NCBI GenBank assembly: GCA_030614005.1
Contig: JAUWKS010000003.1
Coordinates: forward strand, 1 to 32,000
Direction of reading: 5' to 3'
DNA length: 32,000 nt
Source: Candidatus Heimdallarchaeota archaeon
Lineage (GTDB): Archaea > Asgardarchaeota > Heimdallarchaeia > JABLTI01
The notes under the pieces are model-generated. The model was not told the origin of the DNA. It was given only the letters and a program-made list of their open reading frames with translations, and made no database searches. This document shows, in pieces, positions 16,433 through 25,558 of this stretch (positions within the stretch are counted from its first letter, which is position 1; every line of letters starts with the position of its first letter). The position numbers and the translations under genes were made by a program.

Positions 16433-18061
16433 ATGTTTATGTTAAATTCCAAAAGAAAAAAAAACACTAAAATCCTTGTTTTAACTGGACGCTCTGCGGA
16501 AAAAATAGTTAAAAGCAGCGTTCCATCAAATGTAACCGTTAAAGTTTTGCCGATTGACGTTGCTGCTTTTATTAATAAGGATTTAATATTAAAGAATTTA
16601 ACAAAAGAAGAAGCACAAAAATATGACTTAATTTTAGCACCAGGTTTTGTTCAAGGGGATTTGGTTCCCTTATATGCTTTGCTTGGAGTACCAGTTGTAA
16701 AAGGACCAAGATACGCAAGTGATATCAAATTAGCTGTTACTGAATTAGATTTTGAAGAGTTCTCTTCAAAGTATTCTGCTGATAAATTAATAAAGAAGAA
16801 GAAATATTCTCAAACGAGACAATTTCTAGATGATGGATTTAATAAACCATTAATAGAAAAATCAAAAGAATTTATTCTTGGCATTAGGAATGCTTTTCCG
16901 ATAGGGGTAAATCGCCCACCTTTAGTAATGAGTGAAATTATTGATGCACCAAAATTGACTATGAAGGAAGTGATAACAAGAGCACAATTCTTCATCAATA
17001 GCGGTGCTAATGTGATTGATATTGGTGCAATAGCAAAAAACCCTCAACCAAAAAAAATCAAAGAGATAGTTTCTGCACTCCAAAAATTGAAAAAAAATAA
17101 TAACTTTATTTTGAGTATTGATACACTTAATGAAGAAGAGATTATTGCTGCAGTTGAAGCAAAAATTGATTTAATCTTAAGTATAGATCATGGAAATGTT
17201 GATCAGTTGATTGATAAAATACCAAAAGAAATTGGAATTGTTTTTTTACCAACAAATGTAAAGGAAGGTGTTATGCATAAAACACCTGAAGAACGAGTAA
17301 AATCTTTAATTAAATTAAGGGACAAATTACGAGCTGCAGGGCACACAAAACTTTTCGCTGATCCAATAATAGAAATGCCAATTTATCCTGGTTTTGCTTC
17401 GTCTCTCGAAAGTTATATTCAATATAGAAAAATCGATTCGACCACTCCAATGATGACTTGTGTAGGTAATGTTACCGAATTTATTGAAGCTGACCCCGTT
17501 GGAATAAATACCTTATTTGGTTGCTTAGCAGTAGAATTGGGCATCCAATTACTTTTGATGACAGATTATAGTGTAAAATGTCGTGGTGGAACAAAAGAGA
17601 TTGTAAAGGCAAGAGATCTAGCTTTTGCTGCTAAGAAGAGAAATACTCCACCAATAGGTCATGGTATTAACATACTTCTGGCCAAGAGCAGAACCGATTT
17701 TGAACTCGAGATACCTATAAAGAAGGACTTGGAAATTGTCGACCTCACAAGTGATGATGGAGCATTATATTCAATGGATTATGAAATGGACCCAAAAGGT
17801 AGTTTTACGATTTGGATTAATTATCAAAATCAGAAGATCTATGTTTCTCATTTAGGTATTTCCAGTAAGAAACCTGATCTATTACTTATATCCTCTGAAG
17901 CGAGAATGCTTTTTGAAGAAATTACTAAAAGAGGGCTACTATCAAAAATAGATCATGCGTTTTACCTTGGAAGAGAATTAGAACGAGCAGAAGTGTGTCT
18001 CTATCTTGGGAAAACATACATCCAAAACGAACAGACATTTAAAGACTCAGAATATTTCTAG
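16433..18061 (+). CDS. Dihydropteroate synthase-like protein (MJ0107/MptH type, C-terminal DUF4346-like domain)
   Basis: KILVLTGRSAE, LPIDVAAF, VVKGPRYASD, EIIDAP, ANVIDIG, SIDTL, ADPI, GNVTEFIEAD, DPKGSF and HAFYLGRELERAE. Confidence 0.88.
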   Translation: MFMLNSKRKKNTKILVLTGRSAEKIVKSSVPSNVTVKVLPIDVAAFINKDLILKNLTKEEAQKYDLILAPGFVQGDLVPLYALLGVPVVKGPRYASDIKLAVTELDFEEFSSKYSADKLIKKKKYSQTRQFLDDGFNKPLIEKSKEFILGIRNAFPIGVNRPPLVMSEIIDAPKLTMKEVITRAQFFINSGANVIDIGAIAKNPQPKKIKEIVSALQKLKKNNNFILSIDTLNEEEIIAAVEAKIDLILSIDHGNVDQLIDKIPKEIGIVFLPTNVKEGVMHKTPEERVKSLIKLRDKLRAAGHTKLFADPIIEMPIYPGFASSLESYIQYRKIDSTTPMMTCVGNVTEFIEADPVGINTLFGCLAVELGIQLLLMTDYSVKCRGGTKEIVKARDLAFAAKKRNTPPIGHGINILLAKSRTDFELEIPIKKDLEIVDLTSDDGALYSMDYEMDPKGSFTIWINYQNQKIYVSHLGISSKKPDLLLISSEARMLFEEITKRGLLSKIDHAFYLGRELERAEVCLYLGKTYIQNEQTFKDSEYF

Positions 18062-18173
18062 CATAATAGAATTTAAGAAGGAAAATTTTTTCAAAATATG
18101 AGCAATTCTTAATAAGCTGATGTTCAATTGATTATGCGGTTAGGAAAAAACCAGTAATTTGAGGTTATTTAGT

Positions 18174-18569
18174 ATGAAGTTAGATGAGAATGCAAAATAT
18201 GCTCAATCACATGAGTGGATTAGAAAGGAAAAAGATGATGTTTTCATTGTTGGCATTTCTGATTTTGCTCAAAGCTCAATGAAAGACATTGTTTTTGTTG
18301 AATTGCCTTCTGAAGGTACAACTTTTAAGAAAGGTGATAAAGCATGTGATATTGAATCTGTAAAATCAGTAGAAGAAATCAAATCTCCAGTCGCAGGAGA
18401 AGTAATTGCTGTAAATAGTAATTTAGAAGATTCTGCTGAACCAATTAATGACGATCCTTATGGTGAGGGTTGGTTCTTTAAAATCAAAGCATCAAACCCA
18501 GCTGAATTTGACGAATTATTATCTCCAGAAGATTATCAAAAATTCGTTGATTCATTACCCAATAAATAA
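18174..18569 (+). CDS. gcvH: Glycine cleavage system H protein (lipoyl carrier)
   Basis: SHEWI, VGISDFAQ, DIVFVELP, lipoyl-Lys motif ESVKS, INDDPYGEGWF; GAGGT ribosome-binding site upstream of ATG 18174. Confidence 0.96.
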   Translation: MKLDENAKYAQSHEWIRKEKDDVFIVGISDFAQSSMKDIVFVELPSEGTTFKKGDKACDIESVKSVEEIKSPVAGEVIAVNSNLEDSAEPINDDPYGEGWFFKIKASNPAEFDELLSPEDYQKFVDSLPNK

Positions 18570-18577
18570 TTGATATT

Positions 18578-19978
18578 ATGGAGTCTGGTCTTTTCATGAG
18601 TAATAAAAATGAAGGATCAGCTAAAGAAATACAAAAACAAATGGAATCATTCCTTGGCATCAAAGATATTGATGAACTTTACAAGGACATTCCATCTTCA
18701 GTTCTTTTAAAACGTCCAATTGAAATAGCTGGACCAATGTCTGAACGTGATTTATCTATTTATATTGATAATGTTCTAACGATGAATAAAAAAGTCATTT
18801 CTTTTTTGGGTGGAGGAGCACAAAATCACTACATTCCTGCTTTAGTTCAAGAAGTAATAAGCAAACCAGAGCTTCAAAATGCATACACTCCTTACCAGCC
18901 AGAAGTATCACAAGGAATGCTTCAAGGTATTTTTGAATATCAAAGCTTGGTTAGCGAATTAACAAAACTAAATGTTACTAATGCTTCTATGTACGATTGG
19001 GCTACGGCAATAGCAGAAGCATTGCTAATGTCTGTTAGAGTGCTAAAAAAGAGAAAGAAAGTGCTAATCACTGCAAGTGTTCATCCAGATAGACTATCAG
19101 TCATTAAAAATTATCTAGATGGACCAAAAATCACCTATGAATTTGTTCAGATAAATGAAAAAACTGGTCAAGTAGATTTAGCTGATCTAAAAGAAAAATT
19201 AACAGAAGGTGTTGCTGCCTTTTATTTTGAAAATCCAAACTGTTTTGGTATTATTGAAAGCAAAGCAGAAGAGATTTGCACCATGGTTCATGTTGTCGGT
19301 GCAAAAGCAATTGCTGGAGTAGACCCAATTTCATTGGGTATTTTGAAACCTCCCGGAGATTATGGTGTTGATATCGCTGTTGGAGAAGGGCAAGGTTTAG
19401 GCATTCCTGTAAGCTTTGGTGGCCCTCATTTTGGTTTCTTCTCAATCAATTATGATAAGAAGATTATAAGACAATTGCCGGGACGATTAGTCGGAATGAC
19501 CAAAACCCAAGATGGTACTCAAAGAGCTTTTGTTCTCACGCTTTCAACACGAGAACAACATATCAGAAGGGAAAAAGCAACAAGTAATATTTGTACAAAT
19601 CAATCAATTCTAGCTTTTGGTGCAGGAGTGTATCTCTCTCTTCTAGGTCCTGAAGGGATACGGTGTACAGCTGAATATTGCTTAACGGCAGCAAAATATC
19701 TCTCGAGTAAAATAAATGAGCTCAAGAATTTTGAATCGCCTATCTTTACAGGATCACATTACAATGAATTCACTGTGAGATTGAAGAAAGGAAAGATGGC
19801 AGAAGCACAAAAAATGCTCGTAGACAAGGGTTTTGTTGGAGGATTTTCTTTAGTTGAATGCCACCCTGAATTTGGAGAGACCGCAACCTATTGTGTAACA
19901 GAAATGCACACAATGGATGATATTAACAATCTGCTAACCGCTCTGCAAGAGATTGACAAGAAACTTGGAGGAAAATAA
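18578..19978 (+). CDS. gcvPA: Glycine dehydrogenase (decarboxylating) subunit 1
   Basis: FLGGG, AYTPYQPEVSQGMLQ, NASMYD, FGGPHFG, RREKATSNICTNQ. Confidence 0.95.
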   Translation: MESGLFMSNKNEGSAKEIQKQMESFLGIKDIDELYKDIPSSVLLKRPIEIAGPMSERDLSIYIDNVLTMNKKVISFLGGGAQNHYIPALVQEVISKPELQNAYTPYQPEVSQGMLQGIFEYQSLVSELTKLNVTNASMYDWATAIAEALLMSVRVLKKRKKVLITASVHPDRLSVIKNYLDGPKITYEFVQINEKTGQVDLADLKEKLTEGVAAFYFENPNCFGIIESKAEEICTMVHVVGAKAIAGVDPISLGILKPPGDYGVDIAVGEGQGLGIPVSFGGPHFGFFSINYDKKIIRQLPGRLVGMTKTQDGTQRAFVLTLSTREQHIRREKATSNICTNQSILAFGAGVYLSLLGPEGIRCTAEYCLTAAKYLSSKINELKNFESPIFTGSHYNEFTVRLKKGKMAEAQKMLVDKGFVGGFSLVECHPEFGETATYCVTEMHTMDDINNLLTALQEIDKKLGGK

Positions 19979-19979
19979 A

Positions 19980-21506
19980 ATGGCTAAACAAGCAAAATAC
20001 GATGAACCTCTTGTCTTTGAAATAGAGACAACGAAATATGCAAAATATCATCCTCCAAAAATTCCTGCTGAAATAACCAAAACTGTAGGTAAGATTTCGG
20101 ACTTAATTCCAAAAGAAATGCAAAGAGAAGCTTTACCTGATTTACCACGACTTTCTGAATTTCAACTCTCGAGACATTATACTCACTTAGCACAAATGAC
20201 CTTTTCTGTCGATAGTGGGTTTTATCCCTTGGGTAGTTGTACAATGAAATATAATCCAAAAATCAATGATGTTATTTCAAGTGATAAACGCATTGCTGAT
20301 TCGCATCCATATCAACCTGATGAAACAGTCCAAGGAAATATCCGCATTCTCTATGAAACTGAAAAGATGCTCTCAGAATTGGCTGGTATGGCTAGAACAA
20401 CACTCCAACCATCTGCTGGAGCACATGGTGAATTAACAGGAATTCTGATAATCCGGGCGTATCATAAAGATCAAGGTGAAGGAGAGCAAAGAACAGAAGT
20501 AATCGTTCCAGATTCCGCTCATGGTACAAATCCTGCAACAGCAGCAATGGCTGGGTATCGAACGGTAGTTATTCAATCAAAAGAAAATGGTTTGGTTGAT
20601 CTTGAAGCATTAAAAAGTGCTGTGAGTGAGAAGACTGCTGCGCTAATGCTTACAAATCCAAATACTCTGGGTCTGTTCGAGGAAGAAATCCTTGAAATTG
20701 CTAAAGTAGTTCACGATGTCGGTGGATTGGTATATTACGATGGCGCAAATTTCAATGCAATTATGGGTATTTGTAGACCTGGTGATATGGGTTTTGATGT
20801 CATTCATTTCAATGTTCATAAGACATTAGCTACTCCTCATGGTGGAGGCGGACCAGGTTCAGGTCCTGTTGGTGTTGTTGAAAAATTAGTTCCTTATTTA
20901 CCTAAACCATTACCTGAATATGATGCGAATAATAACCGCTATTACCAAAACCATAACTTGCCAAAATCTATCGGAAAGATTCGTGGATTCTGGGGTAATT
21001 TTAGTGTTCTTGTTAGAGCTTATGTCTACATGCTATCCCTAGGTGGAACTGGATTGAAAATTGCTTCACAACAAGCAGTCTTGAATGCAAACTATTTGAA
21101 AAAGAAGATATTAGCACTAAAAGGATGGACACTACCATTTTCTATAGACACTCCAAGAAAACATGAATTTGTTTTAAGTGGAGAAGATTTGCATAAAGAA
21201 ACTGGTATAAGCACTCTAGATGTTGCCAAAAGATTACTAGATTTAGGCTATCACGCTCCAACAATTTATTTCCCATTGATTGTTCATGAAGCCTTGATGA
21301 TAGAACCAACCGAAACCGAATCTAAAGAAACTCTTGATGAATTCACTGACGCAATGAAACAAATTCTTACAGAGGCGCGCGAAAATCCAGAAATAATCAA
21401 AAATGCTCCTCAATTAACTCCTATCTCTCGAGTGGATGAAGTATTAGCTGCAAAAGAACCAATTCTAACTTGGCAAATGTTCAGAGAAAAACAAGTAGAG
21501 AAGTAA
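19980..21506 (+). CDS. gcvPB: Glycine dehydrogenase (decarboxylating) subunit 2
   Basis: YPLGSCTMKYNP, QPSAGAHGE, SAHGTNPA, YDGAN, PLP-Lys motif HKTLATPHGGGGPG, IEPTETES; GGAGG upstream of ATG 19980. Confidence 0.95.
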   Translation: MAKQAKYDEPLVFEIETTKYAKYHPPKIPAEITKTVGKISDLIPKEMQREALPDLPRLSEFQLSRHYTHLAQMTFSVDSGFYPLGSCTMKYNPKINDVISSDKRIADSHPYQPDETVQGNIRILYETEKMLSELAGMARTTLQPSAGAHGELTGILIIRAYHKDQGEGEQRTEVIVPDSAHGTNPATAAMAGYRTVVIQSKENGLVDLEALKSAVSEKTAALMLTNPNTLGLFEEEILEIAKVVHDVGGLVYYDGANFNAIMGICRPGDMGFDVIHFNVHKTLATPHGGGGPGSGPVGVVEKLVPYLPKPLPEYDANNNRYYQNHNLPKSIGKIRGFWGNFSVLVRAYVYMLSLGGTGLKIASQQAVLNANYLKKKILALKGWTLPFSIDTPRKHEFVLSGEDLHKETGISTLDVAKRLLDLGYHAPTIYFPLIVHEALMIEPTETESKETLDEFTDAMKQILTEARENPEIIKNAPQLTPISRVDEVLAAKEPILTWQMFREKQVEK

Positions 21507-21531
21507 ATAACTTCTCACACATTTTCTTTTT

Positions 21532-22695
21532 TTAATCTTCAATTCTCATTAAGAGATCTTCATGATAGCTCGTAACCACTCTTATAAATCCATGAAGCTC
21601 TTTATCTAATTCAATATCTCCTGTATCTACTCGAAGGCGTTCTGTCTTCTCAAGTTTAGAAACTGTTGCAATTAGAATGATATTTTTTTTCCCAACTTTT
21701 CTGATGACTGCAGGAGATAATTGTTGATTACCACGACCAAAAATAAAACCTTGATTCCCAATAACAGTAACAATAATTTTCGATTTGGAGTATTGTTCCA
21801 GTAATTCCAATAATTGTTTTTCATTTAGATCCTTTGCAATCAGTTTTCTATTATAGAGTGCATCAATCCCTAGAAGCGTTTTTTCTAATTTAAGATAGTC
21901 TGCTACAGCTTTGCAAGTTGTTCCCGAACCTAAAATATAGAAAGTATCTCTATCCATATCATCTGATATTCTTTCAGCAATAACCCTTTGGTCATGCTTT
22001 TCATCAAAGGTGGATGCTGAAGCCATTTTTCCTCCTTGAAAAGATGCTGTAAGATAAGGTATCTTTACCATTCCTCTCAACTCTGCACTTACTCTACCAG
22101 CTCGAAATGCCTCTTCATCGATATCCATAACCTCTCTCTCAATTATATTGAGTTGCCCATTGTGGAATTGTTTGAAAATTTCACCTGCAATTTCAGGACT
22201 TAAAGCGAAGCAAGCACTGTGCATTTTAACTCCACTTGGCACTGCTAGTACAGGAATTTTATCCTTAATTGCTTCAAAAACATCGCATGCAGTTCCATCT
22301 CCACCAATGAAAATCAATAGATCAGCGTCTTTTTCAAGAATAAGTTTGGCTGCTTTTTTAGTATCTTCTCGAGATGGTTTTGTATCTTTAATTTTCCCAA
22401 TAACTGAATGATTGAATCCCATTTCTGCTAAAACAGCTTCGCCCATCTCATCATTAAAGCATAGAAAGGATGTGGCGTTTTTCAAATTTTCAATTGATTT
22501 AAGAAATCGTTTTGCGCGTTCATTTGAAACTTTCTTACCTTCACCATCTTCTATTTTAGACCAAATAGCATCTGCATCATCGCTACCTTTGAAACCTATT
22601 CGACCACCAACTCCTGCAATTGGATTGATAATTAATCCAACTACTAGATTGCCTATCGCAGAAGATGCTGCTGCACTAATTTTTGTTGTATTCAT
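21532..22695 (-). CDS. ATP-NAD kinase-like family protein (NAD kinase/AcoX-like)
   Basis: GLIINPIAGVGG...KGSD, GGDGT motif, GVKMHSACF, GFIFGRGNQQLSP, LRVDTGD. Confidence 0.85.
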   Translation of the reverse strand: MNTTKISAAASSAIGNLVVGLIINPIAGVGGRIGFKGSDDADAIWSKIEDGEGKKVSNERAKRFLKSIENLKNATSFLCFNDEMGEAVLAEMGFNHSVIGKIKDTKPSREDTKKAAKLILEKDADLLIFIGGDGTACDVFEAIKDKIPVLAVPSGVKMHSACFALSPEIAGEIFKQFHNGQLNIIEREVMDIDEEAFRAGRVSAELRGMVKIPYLTASFQGGKMASASTFDEKHDQRVIAERISDDMDRDTFYILGSGTTCKAVADYLKLEKTLLGIDALYNRKLIAKDLNEKQLLELLEQYSKSKIIVTVIGNQGFIFGRGNQQLSPAVIRKVGKKNIILIATVSKLEKTERLRVDTGDIELDKELHGFIRVVTSYHEDLLMRIED

Positions 22696-22933
22696 TGATT
22701 TCTCACTTTCTCTATAATATGTTTCTCCATTAATTGTTTAGGATAAAAAATATTCTATCAATTATATTTGATTTCTACCTTTTCTATAAGAACAATTAAT
22801 ATTTTTTGAATATTAAATAATTATGTTAATTCAAAGACGATTATGTTGCTTTTAAAAACGTCATATGCAAAATGTGCAAGTGATAAACAAAAAAGTAATA
22901 ATACTCTAAAGTAATCTCTTATTTATAATAAAG

Positions 22934-24982
22934 GTGAGTATTGTGGAGTATCCTAAAACAAAACGCGAAGATATTATTGATACGATTCATGGGGAAAAAG
23001 TTCATGACCCATATCGCTGGCTTGAAGATTTTGACAACAATGATGTGCAAAAGTGGTTGGATGAACAACATAATTTAACTAAGAAAGTGTTGCAAGCAAT
23101 TCCTAATAGAGATATAGCTTTGAAACGAATGACAGAACTATTTTCTTTGGGTTCAATTTCTGTTCCAATAAAACATAAAGACAGTACCTTTTTCTTTAGA
23201 AGAGAAACAGAGAAGCAAGCCATTTTATATTATCAGGATAAAGAAAAAAAACCTAGAGTTTTAATCAACCCAAATGAGCTTAGCGAAAAAAATCCTGTTG
23301 CATTAGATTGGTATTATGTTTCGCCTGAAACAAAATATCTTGTGTATGGTCTATCAGAAAATGGTGACGAATGGAGTTTATTACAAATAAAAAATATTGA
23401 GACAGGTGAAATTTTAGCAGATAAAATACCAAGAACGCGCCACAGTAGTTTGGCTTGGTTGCCTGATGAATCTGGTTTTTATTATACAAGATTCCCTCAA
23501 ATAGGATTTGTACCAGAAGGCCAAGAACATTATAATTGCCGAATCTATTATCACAAAATAGGCACGGATTGGAAAGATGATCCAGTAATATTTGGTGAGG
23601 GACGAGCAGCAACAAATCATTATAGTATCCAAATATCAAAGGATGCCAAGTATCTAATAATTACGGTCCAAAAATATACTAAAAACGATTTGTATCTTTT
23701 AAATCTAGAAACAATGGAACTTGAAGAAATAATTGCGAAGCAAGACTGTCTATCAATGACCAAAGTGATTGATGATGAACTTTGGATTTTGACAAACAGA
23801 AACGCTCCGAGAAAGACATTATATAAAACAACTTTTGATAAACCTTCATTTGAGGATTGGGAGCTGGTCATTCCGGAAAGTGGCAATGTTATCTCTCAAT
23901 TTCTCGTATCTAAAGAAAAAATATTCCTTTTGTCTATGAAAAATGCCTATGATCACATAGTGCTCTATAATCATCAAGGACAATATTTGAAAGAACTAGA
24001 GATGCCAAAATATGTATCTATTGATGGCTTGGCTAAAAATCAAGAGAAGACAAAGAATGTTTCTGAATTTTTTGTTAAGGTTACTTCGTTCTTGCAACCA
24101 GGTTCAATTTATTCTTATAATATATTGCAAGATGAAATAACTCTCTATAACGAAATAAAACCACCCGTTGATCCTGAAGAATATACTGTCAAGCAGGTTT
24201 GGTATAAATCGAAAGATGATACAAAAGTTTCCATGTTTATTGTCCATAAGAAAAGTTTGAAACTTAATAGCAAGAATCCAACGCTACTGTGCGGTTACGG
24301 TGGTTTTAATATTGCTTTGAAACCTCCATATGTAAGAGAATCAAGATTCTATTGGATGGAACGAGGCGGGGTAATTGCCATAGCAAATCTTCGAGGTGGT
24401 TCTGAATATGGGGAAGAATGGCACAAAGGTGGAATGCTGAAGAATAAGCAAAACGTATTCGATGATTTCATTTATGCTGGTCAATGGTTAATTGAAAACA
24501 AATATGCCTCCAATAAAACACTAGCTATTTTTGGAAGAAGCAATGGTGGTTTACTAACTGGTGCTGCAGTAACTCAAAGGCCAGACTTGTTTAGTGCAGT
24601 GTATATCGGAGTGCCATTACTCGATATGATTAGATATCAACTTTTCAGCATAGCAAGATACTGGATTCCTGAATATGGTTCTTCGGAAGATCCAAAACAA
24701 TTTGAATTCATTTACAAATATTCTCCCTATCATAACGTCAAAAAAGGAACAGAATATCCTGCAACATATCTGGTTGCTGCAGCATCAGATAGTAGAGTTG
24801 ATGTTAATCATGCAATGAAAATGACTGGTTATATGCAGTGGGCAAGCGCATCAAAAGAACCTATTCTATTATTTGTTGAAAGACAAGCTGGACATGGAAT
24901 TGGGAAACCAATTGACAAAGTAGCCGAAGCAGAAGCAAATAAATTTACTTTTCTTGGATGGAAAACGGGGATGAAATTATAA
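22934..24982 (+). CDS. Prolyl oligopeptidase (S9A)
   Basis: DPYRWLED, beta-propeller region, GYGGF, NLRGGSEYG; catalytic triad motifs GRSNGG, DSRV and GHG. GTG start (alternative GTG 22943, 5 nt after AGGTGA). Confidence 0.95.
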   Translation: MSIVEYPKTKREDIIDTIHGEKVHDPYRWLEDFDNNDVQKWLDEQHNLTKKVLQAIPNRDIALKRMTELFSLGSISVPIKHKDSTFFFRRETEKQAILYYQDKEKKPRVLINPNELSEKNPVALDWYYVSPETKYLVYGLSENGDEWSLLQIKNIETGEILADKIPRTRHSSLAWLPDESGFYYTRFPQIGFVPEGQEHYNCRIYYHKIGTDWKDDPVIFGEGRAATNHYSIQISKDAKYLIITVQKYTKNDLYLLNLETMELEEIIAKQDCLSMTKVIDDELWILTNRNAPRKTLYKTTFDKPSFEDWELVIPESGNVISQFLVSKEKIFLLSMKNAYDHIVLYNHQGQYLKELEMPKYVSIDGLAKNQEKTKNVSEFFVKVTSFLQPGSIYSYNILQDEITLYNEIKPPVDPEEYTVKQVWYKSKDDTKVSMFIVHKKSLKLNSKNPTLLCGYGGFNIALKPPYVRESRFYWMERGGVIAIANLRGGSEYGEEWHKGGMLKNKQNVFDDFIYAGQWLIENKYASNKTLAIFGRSNGGLLTGAAVTQRPDLFSAVYIGVPLLDMIRYQLFSIARYWIPEYGSSEDPKQFEFIYKYSPYHNVKKGTEYPATYLVAAASDSRVDVNHAMKMTGYMQWASASKEPILLFVERQAGHGIGKPIDKVAEAEANKFTFLGWKTGMKL

Positions 24983-25005
24983 TTCAAGGATTGCTCTAAA
25001 ATAAG

Positions 25006-25521
25006 GTGACTTTTTTGAGGATACATCTAGAACAAGGAGATATCACAAATATTCAAGCTGATGCCATTGTTAATGCAGCGAACAACGAACTTTGGATGGG
25101 TGCTGGTGTTGCAGGAGCCATTAAAAGAAAAGGTGGTACAGAAATAGAAAAAGACGCAATGAGTAAAGGACCTATTGAACATGGTGGAGCTGTAGAATCA
25201 ATTGCTGGTAAATTGAATGCTAAATATGTTATACACGCAGCTGGAATGAGAAGCGATGGTTACATCACCAAAGAAAGCTTGTCTAAATCAGTTGAAAACA
25301 GCTTATTTGTGGCAGAAAAATTAGCTCTACGTTCGATTGCTTTTCCCGCTATAGGTACGGGTGTTGCCGGATTTCCGGCAGAAGAGTGTGCAAAAATAAT
25401 GCTAGATGTACTAACAAATTTCAAATATACAATTCTGGAAAAAGTTATTCTTGTTCTGTATAGTGATGAGATGTATTCACTCTTTCTAAAAGTTGCGGGA
25501 AACAAAGAAATTGAATTGTAA
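25006..25521 (+). CDS. Macrodomain protein (ADP-ribose binding/hydrolase, AF1521/YmdB-like)
   Basis: GDIT, DAIVNAAN, GAGVAGAI, VIHAAG, SIAFPAIGTGVAG. Confidence 0.93.
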   Translation: MTFLRIHLEQGDITNIQADAIVNAANNELWMGAGVAGAIKRKGGTEIEKDAMSKGPIEHGGAVESIAGKLNAKYVIHAAGMRSDGYITKESLSKSVENSLFVAEKLALRSIAFPAIGTGVAGFPAEECAKIMLDVLTNFKYTILEKVILVLYSDEMYSLFLKVAGNKEIEL

Positions 25522-25558
25522 CATAGGGTTACAATTCCTAATTCTCTTCTGAAGAATC

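Noticed and set aside
18174-25521. GcvH plus macrodomain as the SirTM/GcvH-L/lipoate-ligase ADP-ribosylation system
   Set aside because: No sirtuin or lipoate ligase is present, GcvH is canonical and adjacent to the P proteins, and the macrodomain is over 6 kb away in another transcription unit.
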